Shown here: in pieces, positions 50,328 to 62,546 of the stretch
Layout of the letters: the number at the start of each line of letters is the position of its first letter
How positions within the stretch are numbered: the stretch's first letter is position 1
Assembly (NCBI GenBank): GCA_964188305.1
Contig: OZ076889.1
DNA: 64,000 nucleotides
Origin: Podarcis bocagei
Taxonomy: Eukaryota
Strand: one strand, 5' to 3'
Position numbers and translations under genes: made by a program
The notes under the pieces: model-generated
What the model was told of the DNA's origin: nothing
What the model saw: the letters and a program-made list of their open reading frames with translations, nothing else
The model's database searches: none

Positions 50328-52849
50328 AATGAAGGATCGCCACTGCATAGGGACTGACAAATACATGTGAAGCACTTGGATGTAAAGAAATACTTGTATT
50401 ATAAAAATGTAAACAGGCATTGCAAGGACAAATACAATTTATACAATAGTCAATTAGCACAGTGTTTATGGGGAAGTTGGAGGTGTTGCAATGAGCTACA
50501 CAGGTAATTATAGTAAATAAAACACATTCCATTTTATGGTAGAGTCAACCTATTAATCCACATTGAACTCTGCTCTGAATGATTAATTATTATGAATGCA
50601 GCAAGTAGCTGAAGTAGAGGCAAAAAGCAAAAATTCTTGGCTTACAAACGGGTGGGCTACCAATTTAGTGACTTGATATGGGTCGCCAGTTTTCTTCTTG
50701 AGCTGTGCATAGTTCAGCAAGCATGCCTAGAAACTGTGTTCTGGCATAGTAAAAACCTCTCTCTCAAAAGTGAAAATCAGTGTAGCAATGTCAATCCACT
50801 CACAAATTTTGCATTGTGTGTGTGTCTGAGGGGGGAAGCAAGTAAGGGAAATCTAAGAGCCTACTACTGCGAGATACTAGACAAACCTACTTTCATTGGC
50901 ATGGATATAAGAGAATTATCGTTCTATTTACTTTATTTTTTGGCAGGATTTAACAGCACAGGACTATAATGTGTAATTGCAGAAGCACTCAAGATACCAC
51001 TCTTAGTTAAGTTTACCATCACTGAGGTCCACTGAGGCTGATTATCCTTAACAACTACCATCTAATGCTCAGAGCAATAGAGAATTCAAAGGATTTGACA
51101 TAAATGTTATGTACTGGCATTCATCTTGGAGAAAACACATACTGTGATCACGTGTACAGTGCAGCATAAAATATGGAATAGTATTCCATAAAGGTAGTTG
51201 GGTTTTATTTTTAGTGGTCTTCCGGTTTTGGTTTCCCCTGCCCTAATTTTTGTGACCCTTTTCTGGTTGTGTCCTCTGCATGAGCAAAGAGAGCAAACCT
51301 TTTGGAGGTGGAAGCATATAGCTGCTTGCTATTAAACTAAATGGATTTCAACTAGTTCAGATAGCAAGCGGGGGAAATCATTTATATCTGGATTGACAAC
51401 TTGCAAAGAAAGATTTCATTTCAGTGAATGATGTTAATCCCTGAGAATTGGACTGACAATGGAAACACTGACAGATTTTATCCTTAGCATCGTATGCTTG
51501 ACACTGCTTCATTTACTGGATTTAGCCTTCATGGTGAATCCAGAAAATATAGACGAAAAGAACATTGAAAAAAACTGCTGAAACTGGAACTTTTTTCTTG
51601 TGGTTAAAACAAGCCGCCAGTTGAAATAGAGGCTCTGTTTTCTTAGGGTGGCAGTGCTTGGAAATCCAATGAAATTATTTTTGGCATAAACCCGTAATAG
51701 TAGCTCTGTGGTTATCATTGCTTAAAGTGGTGGACCTAGAGCAAAACCATTGTTTTAATAGGATAGTCCTACAAAGAATGTAATTTTGTACATTCTGTGT
51801 GGCATGAGGTTTTTCTGTTTTGTGGGAAGAGAACAGCAGCCAGCTTTTGTTCTGAAACAATTCTCATTGATGAAAATTGAATTCCAGAACATTGGGTACA
51901 ACAACCTATCTATTTATCTATTTCAGAAATTTGTAAACTGCACCTTCATCCAAAAATGGATTTTAGGGCAGTATACGATCTATAGATATAATATGAAACA
52001 TAAACAATACAATAAGATTTAGAGGAACACAACTATAAATTTTTAAAATACTATAGCATAAAATGGCTAGTCAAATGAAAAGCATGGCTTTCCCAGCATC
52101 TTCAGACTGAGGAAGACTCCCCTACAGCTCCTCCTCCTCCACAGCCACACAGGAGTATGCAGCTGCAACATTTGCTATGGTGTCTTTTAAAGATTGCATA
52201 CAGCATGCCCAAGGACATAAAAATACTCAAAAGAAAATATTAAGATGGCAGCCTGAAGATGACTCTGGTGGCCTGTTTCCGTAACTGAGGCAGCAGGGCC
52301 CACTGGGAGTTGCACACAGCCCTGATCAGCTTTGCATAGCCCCACACCTGATATAGGCTTGGAAAGCTTTTGGTGTATGTCTGTCTGTCTATTATACTAT
52401 TTTATTAATTTTTACAAAAACAAACAAACATCACATAACAACTCCCATACATGGGATTTCCAAAATCCCTTGACTTCCCTCCACTCCCCCTTCTTGGTTC
52501 TTTTGTTTACATTTGTTCATGCATGCCCATAATATCTTCAATTCATAATAATTCCCAGTTTTATACCTTATGATATTACAAGTGTTTTTCGAAATCCTGC
52601 TAACATATAATATTATACACAATGCTTTGAAAATATGAATAATTAGTTTTCATTTTTCAAATTATTGTCCTTTTATTTTCTTGTGTTTCTATTTGATTAA
52701 TCATTGCTGCATAGTCCATTAATTTATTTTACCAATCTTCTTTATCTTCTTTGGCTGGGCTTCTTCTTTTTCATATTCTGGGGTGATTGTGGCCAAGCAA
52801 CTGCTATCAGATACAGGAGGAGATTCTTTGGCAGAGCAAGATTTTTGGG

Positions 52850-53200
52850 CATTACGTTAAGACTTAGTACATTGAGTTTGGCTTGTTAGCAAACAAGGTG
52901 CCAATATAGTTCTTTCAGGACTGATGTAACATGGCTGTATGTAGGAAAACCAATAAGTGCTAGCAGCTGAATTCTGTACTAGTTGAAGCTTCCAAATCAA
53001 TTTCAAGGGCAGTGCCACATATAACGCACCACAGTAGTCTAACCTGGACTTTACTAGATCATGGATCATTGAAGCCAGGCTCTCCCTATCCAGGAAAGGC
53101 TACAGCTGGTTATACAACCAAAGCTGGTGAAAGGTGCTTTGGGATACTGAAGTCACTTGAGTCACAAGCAACAGAGCACCTCAAGGCTGTGCATCTGCTC
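52850..53200 (-). mobile_element. L2 LINE ORF2 fragment
   Basis: HDLVKSRLDYCGALYVALPLKLIWKLQLVQNSAA matches the L2 'SRLDYCN...KLQLVQNAAAR' motif. Confidence 0.8.
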
Positions 53201-56163
53201 CTTCAAGGTGAATGCATGTCTCGGGAGACGATGGAGGAGTGCAACTTTGGGGGGGGGTTGAAGTCAAACTAATCCTATCCAAAATAAGAAATAAACAAAC
53301 TTTAGGGAGTCAAGAACCACCAACCCACAGTGCTCCTGTCTTGTCAGCCTCAGTCTCTTCTTGTTGTGCAGGCAATTGTGACTGATACAGAATTAAGATT
53401 GGGTGCAGTATGCCAGCTGGTTCCAGTAAAGATCTTGTTGGTGGAGCAACTTTCTGGCCAACACCCAGTTAGATATAAGGGACTACCCACATCCTCCTAA
53501 GCTTAGTTTCCCAAGGGAGGAGGAGGAAGAACATAGTAGTCAGAAGAATGTACAGGTTAGTGCTGTACTGAAACCTATCCTCTTGTTTCGCCTGTGTGAC
53601 GGAGGCTTCCATTTTTCTGCTTCATCCACACGGCACTTTATAAATTTAGTGGGCAAAGAACTGGACCTACTTTTTAATTGCAAGGTAGCCATGGGTGGTT
53701 TGTGGTTTTTCTTCCAGTTAATGGTTTCTCCAACATTCTGCTCCCCTGCCATTCCTGATCCGATCTGAAAAAGCCCCATGTGACAAGTTATCTCACAATT
53801 TCTTCCCCTGGGCTTTAATTGAAAGCAGGTCAGGAGTAGAAGCAACTTGTTGGATGAGGCGGAACCACTATGCCAGCTTCCTTGGAAGTGAGTTGGTTAT
53901 TGCTTACTGAGAGGAGGAGGGGCAAGGCTGTAATGAGGTCACTGTGGTGCAAACACACTGGCAGGAGCACTGGGTCGGCTCCGCAGGTGCATTTGCACCA
54001 CTACAACATCCCCACCATCTCACTCCCATCTCTCTCCTGCCTGGTAAGCAGCAGTGATCCACCTGCTAGGAAACTAGTTTAGTGGCTGCAGTTCCATGAA
54101 GCAACCCACTTCTGCTGGGGAGGTTGACTACTTAGCACATGAGATCAGCAAGCTCAGCACATTTGTTTTTAAGCGGATTCCTTCCTTTTACTCTTAAACT
54201 TTCAGCACCAGTTTCTTTAAAAATAAAACAAAAACAAAAAAGCCCCAAACCAGTAAACAGTTGTCAGGCACATGGTAGGAAGCCTTCTTGAACTTAAAGG
54301 AAAGCCCAGCTGAGGTGCAAAGACATGGCTTATTCCTGTCTTCATCTGTTAATTGGGCTCTTTTGGTTCAGTACCTATATTTTCTTAGTGTGAGCTGAGT
54401 ACCTCATACAGAGAAGTAAGACCTGACAACCCCCTGCAGTGTAACTGTTGGCTGTTTTCAATAGGAAAAGCTAAGCAGTCTACTGCTAACATTTACCCTT
54501 AGCAACTTGCTTCAAGAATTTCCTGCTGTGTAGTTGGCTCCACAGATTCAATAAGCCTCGTGAATGATGTGTCTGCCATTACTTGCCTTTTTTCACTACA
54601 CTTAATACACTTAGTACACTGCTGCTCCTTATTCTGGATATCATGCCTGTTCCAAACCTTGCTGTAAAAGAGTGATGCAGGCAACTTAAGTCACACATTT
54701 TAGGAAGTGACAGCTCTTACATTGTCAATCATCCTGGAAAAGTTCCACTTTGCCATGATGAGGAGTCACCTAGACTCTGGCCAGCAGGGAGAAGCCTGAG
54801 GCATTCCCTCAAACGTGAAGCTGCAGGGCATTTTTTAGGATGGGGAAATGCCATACTAGAACTCAAAATTCCCCATCAATAAAGTGCCCTTTTGTGTTCA
54901 CTCAGCTTCTTTCTCAGTATAAAGACATGGATCCCTTTGCCTCTCTGCCCATCTGACCAGTCTTGTGCCCCTTCTCAGTAAACGCAAATCCACCCACCAC
55001 TGCTCAAGTGCCATTTTCACACTGTCCCTTCCAAAATATTGTTTATAGCACCAGACAGTCAGAGGGCATATTAAAACAAATGGTAAAAATGCACATTGAA
55101 AACAATGGGACATTCCCCAAAAGTTTGTTGGAGATAATTGAGCTGTGATTGTCAGTTGGAATAAATACAAACTTGAATATTAAATGTGATGAAAGCTTGT
55201 GCACTTGAATAATTTGCTATTTTAACAACAGGAAGAGGACAGAAAATAGTCTGAAAAAATTCCTTATGTCCAGTCTTTTATATTGCTGCTGATGCTAGAG
55301 AGGATGGCAGGGAAAGAATTTAACCCTTCTTTGCTAAATACATAATAGAGTGGGCTGGGGGTCAAGAGGAAGAGAAAAAGAGCTTGCTTGCCTCTATGCT
55401 GAGAATTCTCATACTTTGCATTCATTCTTTGATTTAATTTGTAACTCTTTGACCTGCTGCATACTGGTCTTGCCTCACCTTAATAAACATGCAGCCCTAA
55501 ATGCCAATCTAAGATATTTTACTGAAATGCAAGAGCCAATCAGAGTGTAAGGAAGCACCTCTAAGCACTCTTTCTGTATGTCAGAGACAGGAAAGCCTAG
55601 ATTGGAGTCTGGGGTCTGGGTTCCGGCTGATCTGAGCATTCATCCTGATTTGTTTGCAGTGTGCTTAGATGACATTGCATCATGCAAACATTATCCTACA
55701 CTTTCCAGTCATTTTCCCCATGTACATTTCCCATGCAAGCAGTCCAATATTTGGGGGGAAGAAAGTTTGTTACATAAGAACTCTAAATATATTTTTATTG
55801 CACAAACTGAGTTTGCCAGTATGTGACTGAATCCCACCCAAAAATAGCAACACTCTGGAAGTGTCCTGCATTGTGAGATTAAGTTGGTAGTCAATCAGCA
55901 TAAGAGACTTGGATGGGTTGTTGGTATTATGGCAAATGCTAAAAGAAATGCTAAAAGAAGCATACAAACGTGCAAGAGGCTGCTGAAAAATGTCTTAAAT
56001 TGGCATGCCTTTTTGCCAAGTGCTCATCAGCTGCTACTATTTCTACCAACACTTGAGAGAAAGCTATTTTGGAATTAGGCACCCACTAGCTGTACTTCTG
56101 GAAACAATTCCAGATGTGAATGTCTCTGCCTAGGTATTGTTTGTAAGCCTATATTTGGTTGTA

Positions 56164-56441
56164 GGGATGTGGGTGGCGCTGTGGTCTAAACCACTGAGCC
56201 TCTTGGGCTTGCCTATCAGAAGGTTGGTGGTTCAAATCTGCACAACGGGGTGAGCTCCTGTTGCTCTGTCCCAGCTCCTGCCAACCTAGCAGTTTGAAAG
56301 CATGCCAATGCAAGTAGATAAATAGGTACCACTGTGGCGGGAAGGTAAACAGCATTTCCGTGCACTCTGGTTTCCGTCACGGTGTTCCCTTGCGCCAGAA
56401 GCGGTTTAGTCATGCTGGCCACACAGCCCGGATAGCTGTCT
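56164..56441 (+). mobile_element. Sauria SINE, 3'-truncated
   Basis: Collinear with 25163-25420. Confidence 0.88.
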
Positions 56442-59400
56442 TTGTAAATCCCTTTGGGTATGAGAAGAAAGATAACCCAAAAACTGACCCACAATGCATC
56501 ATAAAAGAGACAACCAATGGAAAGGGAGATGGCTGTTATCAAGTCATAAGATCTAATGTGAAGTTTATTGGCAGAATTGAAATTATTACTTGAAGCTGTT
56601 TAAGAATGAGGGGGGGATATTTGTTGCTTGTAAACTGTGGCAAGACTATAGAGAAAAGGGGGGAAGCACTCAGAGAATAGGACTTTTCTAACTGCTAGTG
56701 GTGCAAGAGCTGAAGGGAGAAGATTCAGCTGCCAGACTTTCAGATTTGCTTCTCAGACACAGTCTTCTCCATCAGTTGTTTCTAGAATGTCTCCTGTGTG
56801 TTTTAATTATTTTCTGCTGTAGCTTGGCTTAGCCTCTTGAACTTTGTGTACATTTCACTAGTTGCTGATTCTGACCTAATTGTAGTGTGGATTGTGTTAA
56901 GTTGATGGTTTTTAAAGTCCCTTTTTAACAAAGGTATCTCAGTGTGTGGAGAGTTGGACAGACCAGCTATTTATCTTATTGTTGTTTTGCTGATTGAATA
57001 CATTTAAATGAGCTTTCAGAGATAGATAGATATAGATATATAAAACACAAGCTTAATGTGCATTTATAGATAAGCAATATTCAAATACTAAAGACTAACA
57101 GACTGACCCTATGCATGTTTATGTGGAAATAGGTCTTGATATATTCAGTGGGGCTTCTGAGTAAACAGAAATAGGATCTGGGTGCAATTTGCAGCGAGCT
57201 TTCAAGCTGGTACCTTATAACAATTTCAGTCTTTCTCAATGAAACGTTCTTTCTTTTAATAATTTTGTGTTTAAGATCTAAGGGGGAAAGAGCTTTGCTA
57301 TTGGTATGAGGAAACTGATTACTATTTCATCAACAATTCAAAACTTTACTATTGGGAAAGGAAAGCCCTGCGTTTTACTAGAACAGCTCTAGCAGTATGG
57401 AGAGTTCAGTAAGTTTATACTTCAATATTCTGTATAGCGACATGTTAAAGGCTTTTTGTGGGGAGGGGGATGCACATTGAAATATGCTCTTGCGTTTATT
57501 CATCTCAAATAAATACTTTCCCCTATTCCATATTCACAATTATTTTTTCTTAACAGAATTCCCAGTTTACCCATTAAGGATATATTATAGAAATGGTATA
57601 CAGGGTCAACACCACTCTGGTTTTGAGTGCAACAGAGTCATTAAATTAGAAGCAGGGGTGTGTAGAAGTCATTAAATGATTTTTAATCATTTGATCAATT
57701 TTGAAATAATTAAAAGAGTATCAAACAAGATAGCGAGACCGTTTCAGTGAATTGTGTGTCCTTGAATTTTATAAAAGGGAGGATACATGAGTCCACCAAT
57801 TTCAAGCTAATTATTCTTTCCAAGGATCTTTTAAAGGCTTTTGGTATTTAAGCTGATTTTTGCCATGGAAAAGTGATAAAGGGGAGGGGAGGATGCAAAA
57901 AACAGGATTCCAGTTGTGGCAAAGCACCACTGGGAGGGGACCAAGGTTTTCCTCGGAAATGGGTGGAGAGAGACAAAACTTGTTCTTCTGCTTGTTCTTC
58001 AGACAACAAAATGCTTTGGGACAGCCATGATTACAATGCAATACATGCAATTAGTTAATTACAGCAATGGAAGCTTATCCAGTTGGCATTACCATATGCC
58101 AGACTATATTTTCTCCCTGTTGATAAAACTGAAATTTTTCATGCTGAAGCCATTGTGAAATCCTACTTGATAAAACTTACAATGAGATATGCTTGCAAGC
58201 TATGCCTGCCATTGGCATTATTGCTCTCCTTGAAGATAGATGCATCTGTGAACAGCATGCTCTGTGAATATTAATAAAACTTCTTACCAAGAAACAATAG
58301 TGCTATAGGGCCTATGAATGGAAGAACAGAAATGACCTTTGATGTGGTCCCCATACTGAAGTGTACTCATTGCAGATGATGCACAGAACTGTGCCAGCTT
58401 GAAACTCCATGTGACAATCATACCTGACCTGTGTCCTTGCTTTTTAATTCTTCCTCTTTCCTCTCAGTGGCGTAGCGTGGGGGGTGCAGGGGGGGCCGAC
58501 CGCACCAGGCGCAACATCTGGGGGTTAGGGTTAGGGTGCGCAAATAAAAAGACCCAAAGGAAGGGAGATAAATCCTTTCTTGAATGTTGCTACAGTTCAA
58601 AGCAGCAAATCTGCCCATGTATTTAACCCCAAACAGCATTTTATGGCTATCCCTAACCTCCTTTTTCCTATTCAGAAGGGAGTTACATACCAAGGTATTG
58701 TATTTAAACAACAAAGGTGGAGATGCTACTATGTGCTAGAGTCTGGATTTTGTTGTGCAAACCTTTTTTCATTAGCATCCCTATTGAAATCAGAAAACTC
58801 GTTTGAGCTGTCCTGACACATCTGACTTTAATTTGAATTGTTCATGAAATGGGGCCTGCGTATTCCTGCATTATATGGCTGGTGTGCTTCATTTGCCCTT
58901 GCCCAAGAAGCATCTGTCACTTCCTGCCACACAGCACAGGGCTTCACTCTGGGTCTAAACATGATTTGAGGTGTGCCAGAGAGCTCTGGCTAATGAGTGC
59001 CCTTTGTCTAGGAGGGCTTTGCAACTGATGCCTAGTATCAGAGTCTGAACCATTTCCTTATGAGAGCTTGAGACATTTGTCCACTCAGTATACTCAGCCA
59101 AAACACGACAAAAAGAAGGGGAAATCAATCTTGACAACACTTACTCAGTTTACATTTGTTACATGCGTTTCAACTCCCTGAAATCAATGCCCTTAAGCAG
59201 CCTAAATTGTGGGTTGACTTGTTTATTACTCTTTTCTCTGGCTTTCGACATTTGAGGTGTATATTTTTAGGACCCTCCATTCTTTTGTGACTGCAGGTTG
59301 TTCCAAACAGTTTTTAATATTGTGTTTTCATGTTGTAACCTGCCCTGGGAATTTAAAGCGAAGTGTTGGTAATAAATTAATAATAACATCATAATATATT

Positions 59401-59629
59401 AATGCTTCACTACTGACAAAACTGACAAATGTAGATGGGTTAATGGTCAGGTCAGGGCTTATATATTGATTTTAATTTCAGTATATCAGGTGTTTTTTTT
59501 TGCAAGTTTCTTACATGTTATTTGGATATATTTTTAGGAAGCTGATTATGTCCAAACTGTGTGTCTAGTATCTTGTTTGGAAATATACCAGTTCTGGCCT
59601 CCCTGTGGAAATATTTAATTTAATTTCAT

Positions 59630-59875
59630 TTAATTTATTAAATTTGTATACCACCCTTCATCCGAAGCTCAGGGCAGTTCACAGCATAAAAATGCAAAAT
59701 AAAAACACAAAATACATAATAAAAATGAAAACAAAACCATAAGCCCCTCTCCCACAAATGTAAACACATTTAAAAGGACATGGAATGTTAATCAGCCCTT
59801 CAAGGCCTGGTTGAAGAGAAACATTTTCACCTGGCATCTAAAGATGTATAACGAAGGCGCCAAGCAAGCCTCCTT
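59630..59875 (-). mobile_element. L2-type LINE 3' end
   Basis: tttattaaatttgtataccacccttcatcc...agggcagttcaca...aggcctggttgaagagaaacatttt; short related pieces at ~38550 and ~62190. Confidence 0.6.
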
Positions 59876-60352
59876 TAGCCATGTTTGCTATCTTTGTGGC
59901 TCATTCCAATCTAGGAGAAGAAAATAATTCTTGTGAGATAGATAAATATCTTTCTCCAAAGGTTCCCATGTAACCAGTGGAGAGTCTTGCCAGGAGCAGC
60001 ACTTCGCATTAAAGCCCCCAAACAATGGCTCTATAAGTCATCTCCTAATAACAAAAACCACAGGAATTAACAATAACCCAGTTATGATTTCCTAGTGTTC
60101 CCACTTTATGAAGCACATCACTGCTATGTGAGTTAGTCTTTCTGAAAGGAGTGGGGGGGGGAGCCACATCTGGCATCCACATGCAAGGCCTTCGCGAAGA
60201 AGATGAAATATTTTAACAGTGCACTTTCACTGGGACTGCCTTATCAGCACATATCTATTGACTAGGCTTGAAATGGAACCTTTTGCATGTCGCCCTTTTT
60301 TTTTTGCTCACAGTAATGTTCCTGGTCTGTTCTCTCCTAGGTGCATAGCGTA

Positions 60353-61084
60353 ATGTCCATGCTGTGCTACACTCTGATTATAGCATTTCTGATCGGCATA
60401 CGGGCAGCACCAAAAACTGAAGATAATGCACCACTGGGGTCTCCTGCAACATCTGGCATTTCTGAAAGCAGACGGACTAAAACACACCACATTATGAAAA
60501 CGTCTCAGCACAGAGACCACAGCCAGCCTGTTACTGGGAAGGTAGTGAACAGGAAATCCGGGCAAGCTGCAAGCATCATAGTGGATCCAAAGCTTTTTCA
60601 GAAGAGGAGGTTCCAGTCACCTCGGGTTTTGTTCAGCACTCAGCCTCCACCTTTGTCAAGGGATGGGCTGAGTGTGGAGTTCCTAGACAGCACAGACTCT
60701 ACGAACAGGACGATCCGAGCCAAGCGCGCAGCTCACCCTGTGCACAACCGAGGAGAGTACTCTGTGTGTGACAGTGTTAGTGTGTGGGTTGCCAACAAAA
60801 CCACAGCGACAGACATTAAAGGCAAAGAGGTGACTGTGGTGGTGGACGTAAACTATAACAACTACCCTTACAAACAGTACTTTTTCGAGACCAAGTGCAG
60901 AGACCCTAAGCCGGTGTCCAGTGGGTGCAGAGGCATTGATGCCAGGCATTGGAATTCCTACTGCACCACCACACACACCTTTGTCAAGGCACTGACAATG
61001 GATGGCAAGCAGGCAGCTTGGCGCTTCATTCGGATTGACACTGCCTGCGTATGCGTAATCAGTAGGAAAACGGAGAACCTCTGA
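60353..61084 (+). CDS. NGF: Prepro-beta-nerve growth factor (243 aa; mature NGF starts at 60728 after the RAKR furin site)
   Basis: Signal peptide [18 protein letters not shown]; pro-domain motifs [19 protein letters not shown] and NRTIRAKR; mature cystine-knot domain [19 protein letters not shown]...KQYFFETKC...[23 protein letters not shown]...[15 protein letters not shown]. Preceded by a polypyrimidine acceptor (tctctcctag|GTGCATAGCGTAATG, exon start 60341), the conserved VHSV-M junction of vertebrate NGF. Confidence 0.98.
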   Translation: MSMLCYTLIIAFLIGIRAAPKTEDNAPLGSPATSGISESRRTKTHHIMKTSQHRDHSQPVTGKVVNRKSGQAASIIVDPKLFQKRRFQSPRVLFSTQPPPLSRDGLSVEFLDSTDSTNRTIRAKRAAHPVHNRGEYSVCDSVSVWVANKTTATDIKGKEVTVVVDVNYNNYPYKQYFFETKCRDPKPVSSGCRGIDARHWNSYCTTTHTFVKALTMDGKQAAWRFIRIDTACVCVISRKTENL

Positions 61085-61240
61085 GATAGACCAACCCTCC
61101 ATCTTATACCCACCTCCTCCCAGCCCCCTACCTCAGCCTGTAAATTATTTTAAGTTATGAGGACTCTATGGTATATTTATAGTTTATACAGTAAAGAAAT
61201 GAATCCTCATTATTTATTAAAATCTTTTGAAACTGCTGAT
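61085..61240 (+). terminator. NGF: NGF 3' UTR with AU-rich elements and ATTAAA polyadenylation signal (61216-61221)
   Basis: cctcagcctgtaaattattttaag...tggtatatttatagtttatacag...ttatttattaaa resembles the conserved NGF 3' UTR as I recall it; ATTTA motifs and the ATTAAA hexamer are seen directly. Confidence 0.7.
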
Positions 61241-61733
61241 GTGGTGTATATTTTAATGGCATCTCTTTCCTTTTAAAACAGGAGCTTTTTCCCCTTTCTT
61301 TTTTTACAATTTTGTTAGCCGCAACTTTCCCTTTTAACATGATTGCCATAGCAAGATTTTGAAAATGGAATACTTTGCCTTTTAGCCTTCCACATCCTGA
61401 TTTACCACGAAACAGCAGTTTTTGTGCGTGACATTCTATAGTCTTGAAATAGACAAAAAGCAAAAGCTGTCATATTAGTCCATTGGAAGAATTCCAGATA
61501 TCCTTCAGCTCCTCATCCAAGCCAAAATTAAACCCAAGTAAGCGAACCCAGATAATTTAATATTTGCATTCAATCAGGCCACATATCAGAAGATACATAA
61601 TTCTGCACCTTCAGTCATTCCGTAGTGGTCTTCATGTTTATACATCCTCATAGATTTCAGCTGACATCTTACAAAGCTTATTTAAAATCATCAGTTTTCA
61701 CCAACTTTCATTGTGCCTGTTTACCTATTAGAA

Positions 61734-61869
61734 CAGGCATCCCCAACCTGCAGGCCTCCAGATGTTTTGGCCTACAACTCCCATGATCCCTAGCTAACAG
61801 GACCAGTGGTCAGGGATGATGGGAACTGTAGTCCAAAACATCTGGCGGGTCGAAGGTTGGGGATGTCTG
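61734..61869. mobile_element. Palindromic hAT MITE
   Basis: caggcatccccaacct...ccagatgttttgg.ctacaactccca / tgggaactgtagtccaaaacatctgg...aggttggggatgtctg; 8-bp TSD TATTAGAA. Confidence 0.9.
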
Positions 61870-62351
61870 TATTAGAAGGTAAAAACCTTTTTATTTAAGT
61901 TGGTTGGTGATGCCCTTTTAAAGGAAACAATTGAGCAAATATTTTGTAATAAGAAAAATTATCTAGTTTGCAATATGCAATGAAACCACTAGTCTTTTCT
62001 ACATTTCATTTGGGTCAACTGCAGCTAAAATTAAGACAGGTCCTAATCAAGCTCGATTTAGTTCTAATGAAGTCCCATTCAAACTAACATGAGTGATGAA
62101 TTATTTGTCTGTTGCATTCAATGGGACATGCAGTCAAATCTATTTTTACTCCAAAGCAGGCCTTACTGATTTTATTCATTTATTTTAATAAATTTGTATA
62201 CCGCCTTTATCCAAAGATCCCGGGGTAGTTCACAGCATAATGGGATATGCACAATATTATATGCATCATCATTTTAATGTGATATGCTCCGAAATAAGTG
62301 TACATAGAATTACTATCTGACAGCACATGCCTAATGATGTCCATTGGCAAA

Positions 62352-62546
62352 GGGCTGCAACTCAGTGGTAGAACATCTATCTGCCTTGCATGCCGGAGAT
62401 CCCAGGTCTAATCCACAGCAACTTCTGGCAGGGCTAGGAGAGAATCCTGCCTGAAACTCTGGAGAAGCACTGCCAGTGAGTGCAGACTGTAGTGAGCTAG
62501 ATGGACCAATGTTCTGCTTCATTGTAAGGTGGCTTCCTATGTTCTT
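62352..62546 (+). mobile_element. tRNA-derived SINE with CR1-like tail (Squam3-like)
   Basis: Head gggctgcaactcagtggtagaacat...cccaggtctaatcc (decayed A/B boxes); tail gagctagatggaccaat...cttcctatgttc. Confidence 0.7.

Noticed and set aside
60341-60352. ORF-track start at GTG 60341 for NGF
   Set aside because: 60341 is the splice-acceptor boundary; the signal-peptide Met is at 60353.
62352-62430. tRNA gene
   Set aside because: Decayed cloverleaf that continues into a SINE body and CR1-like tail, so it is a SINE head.
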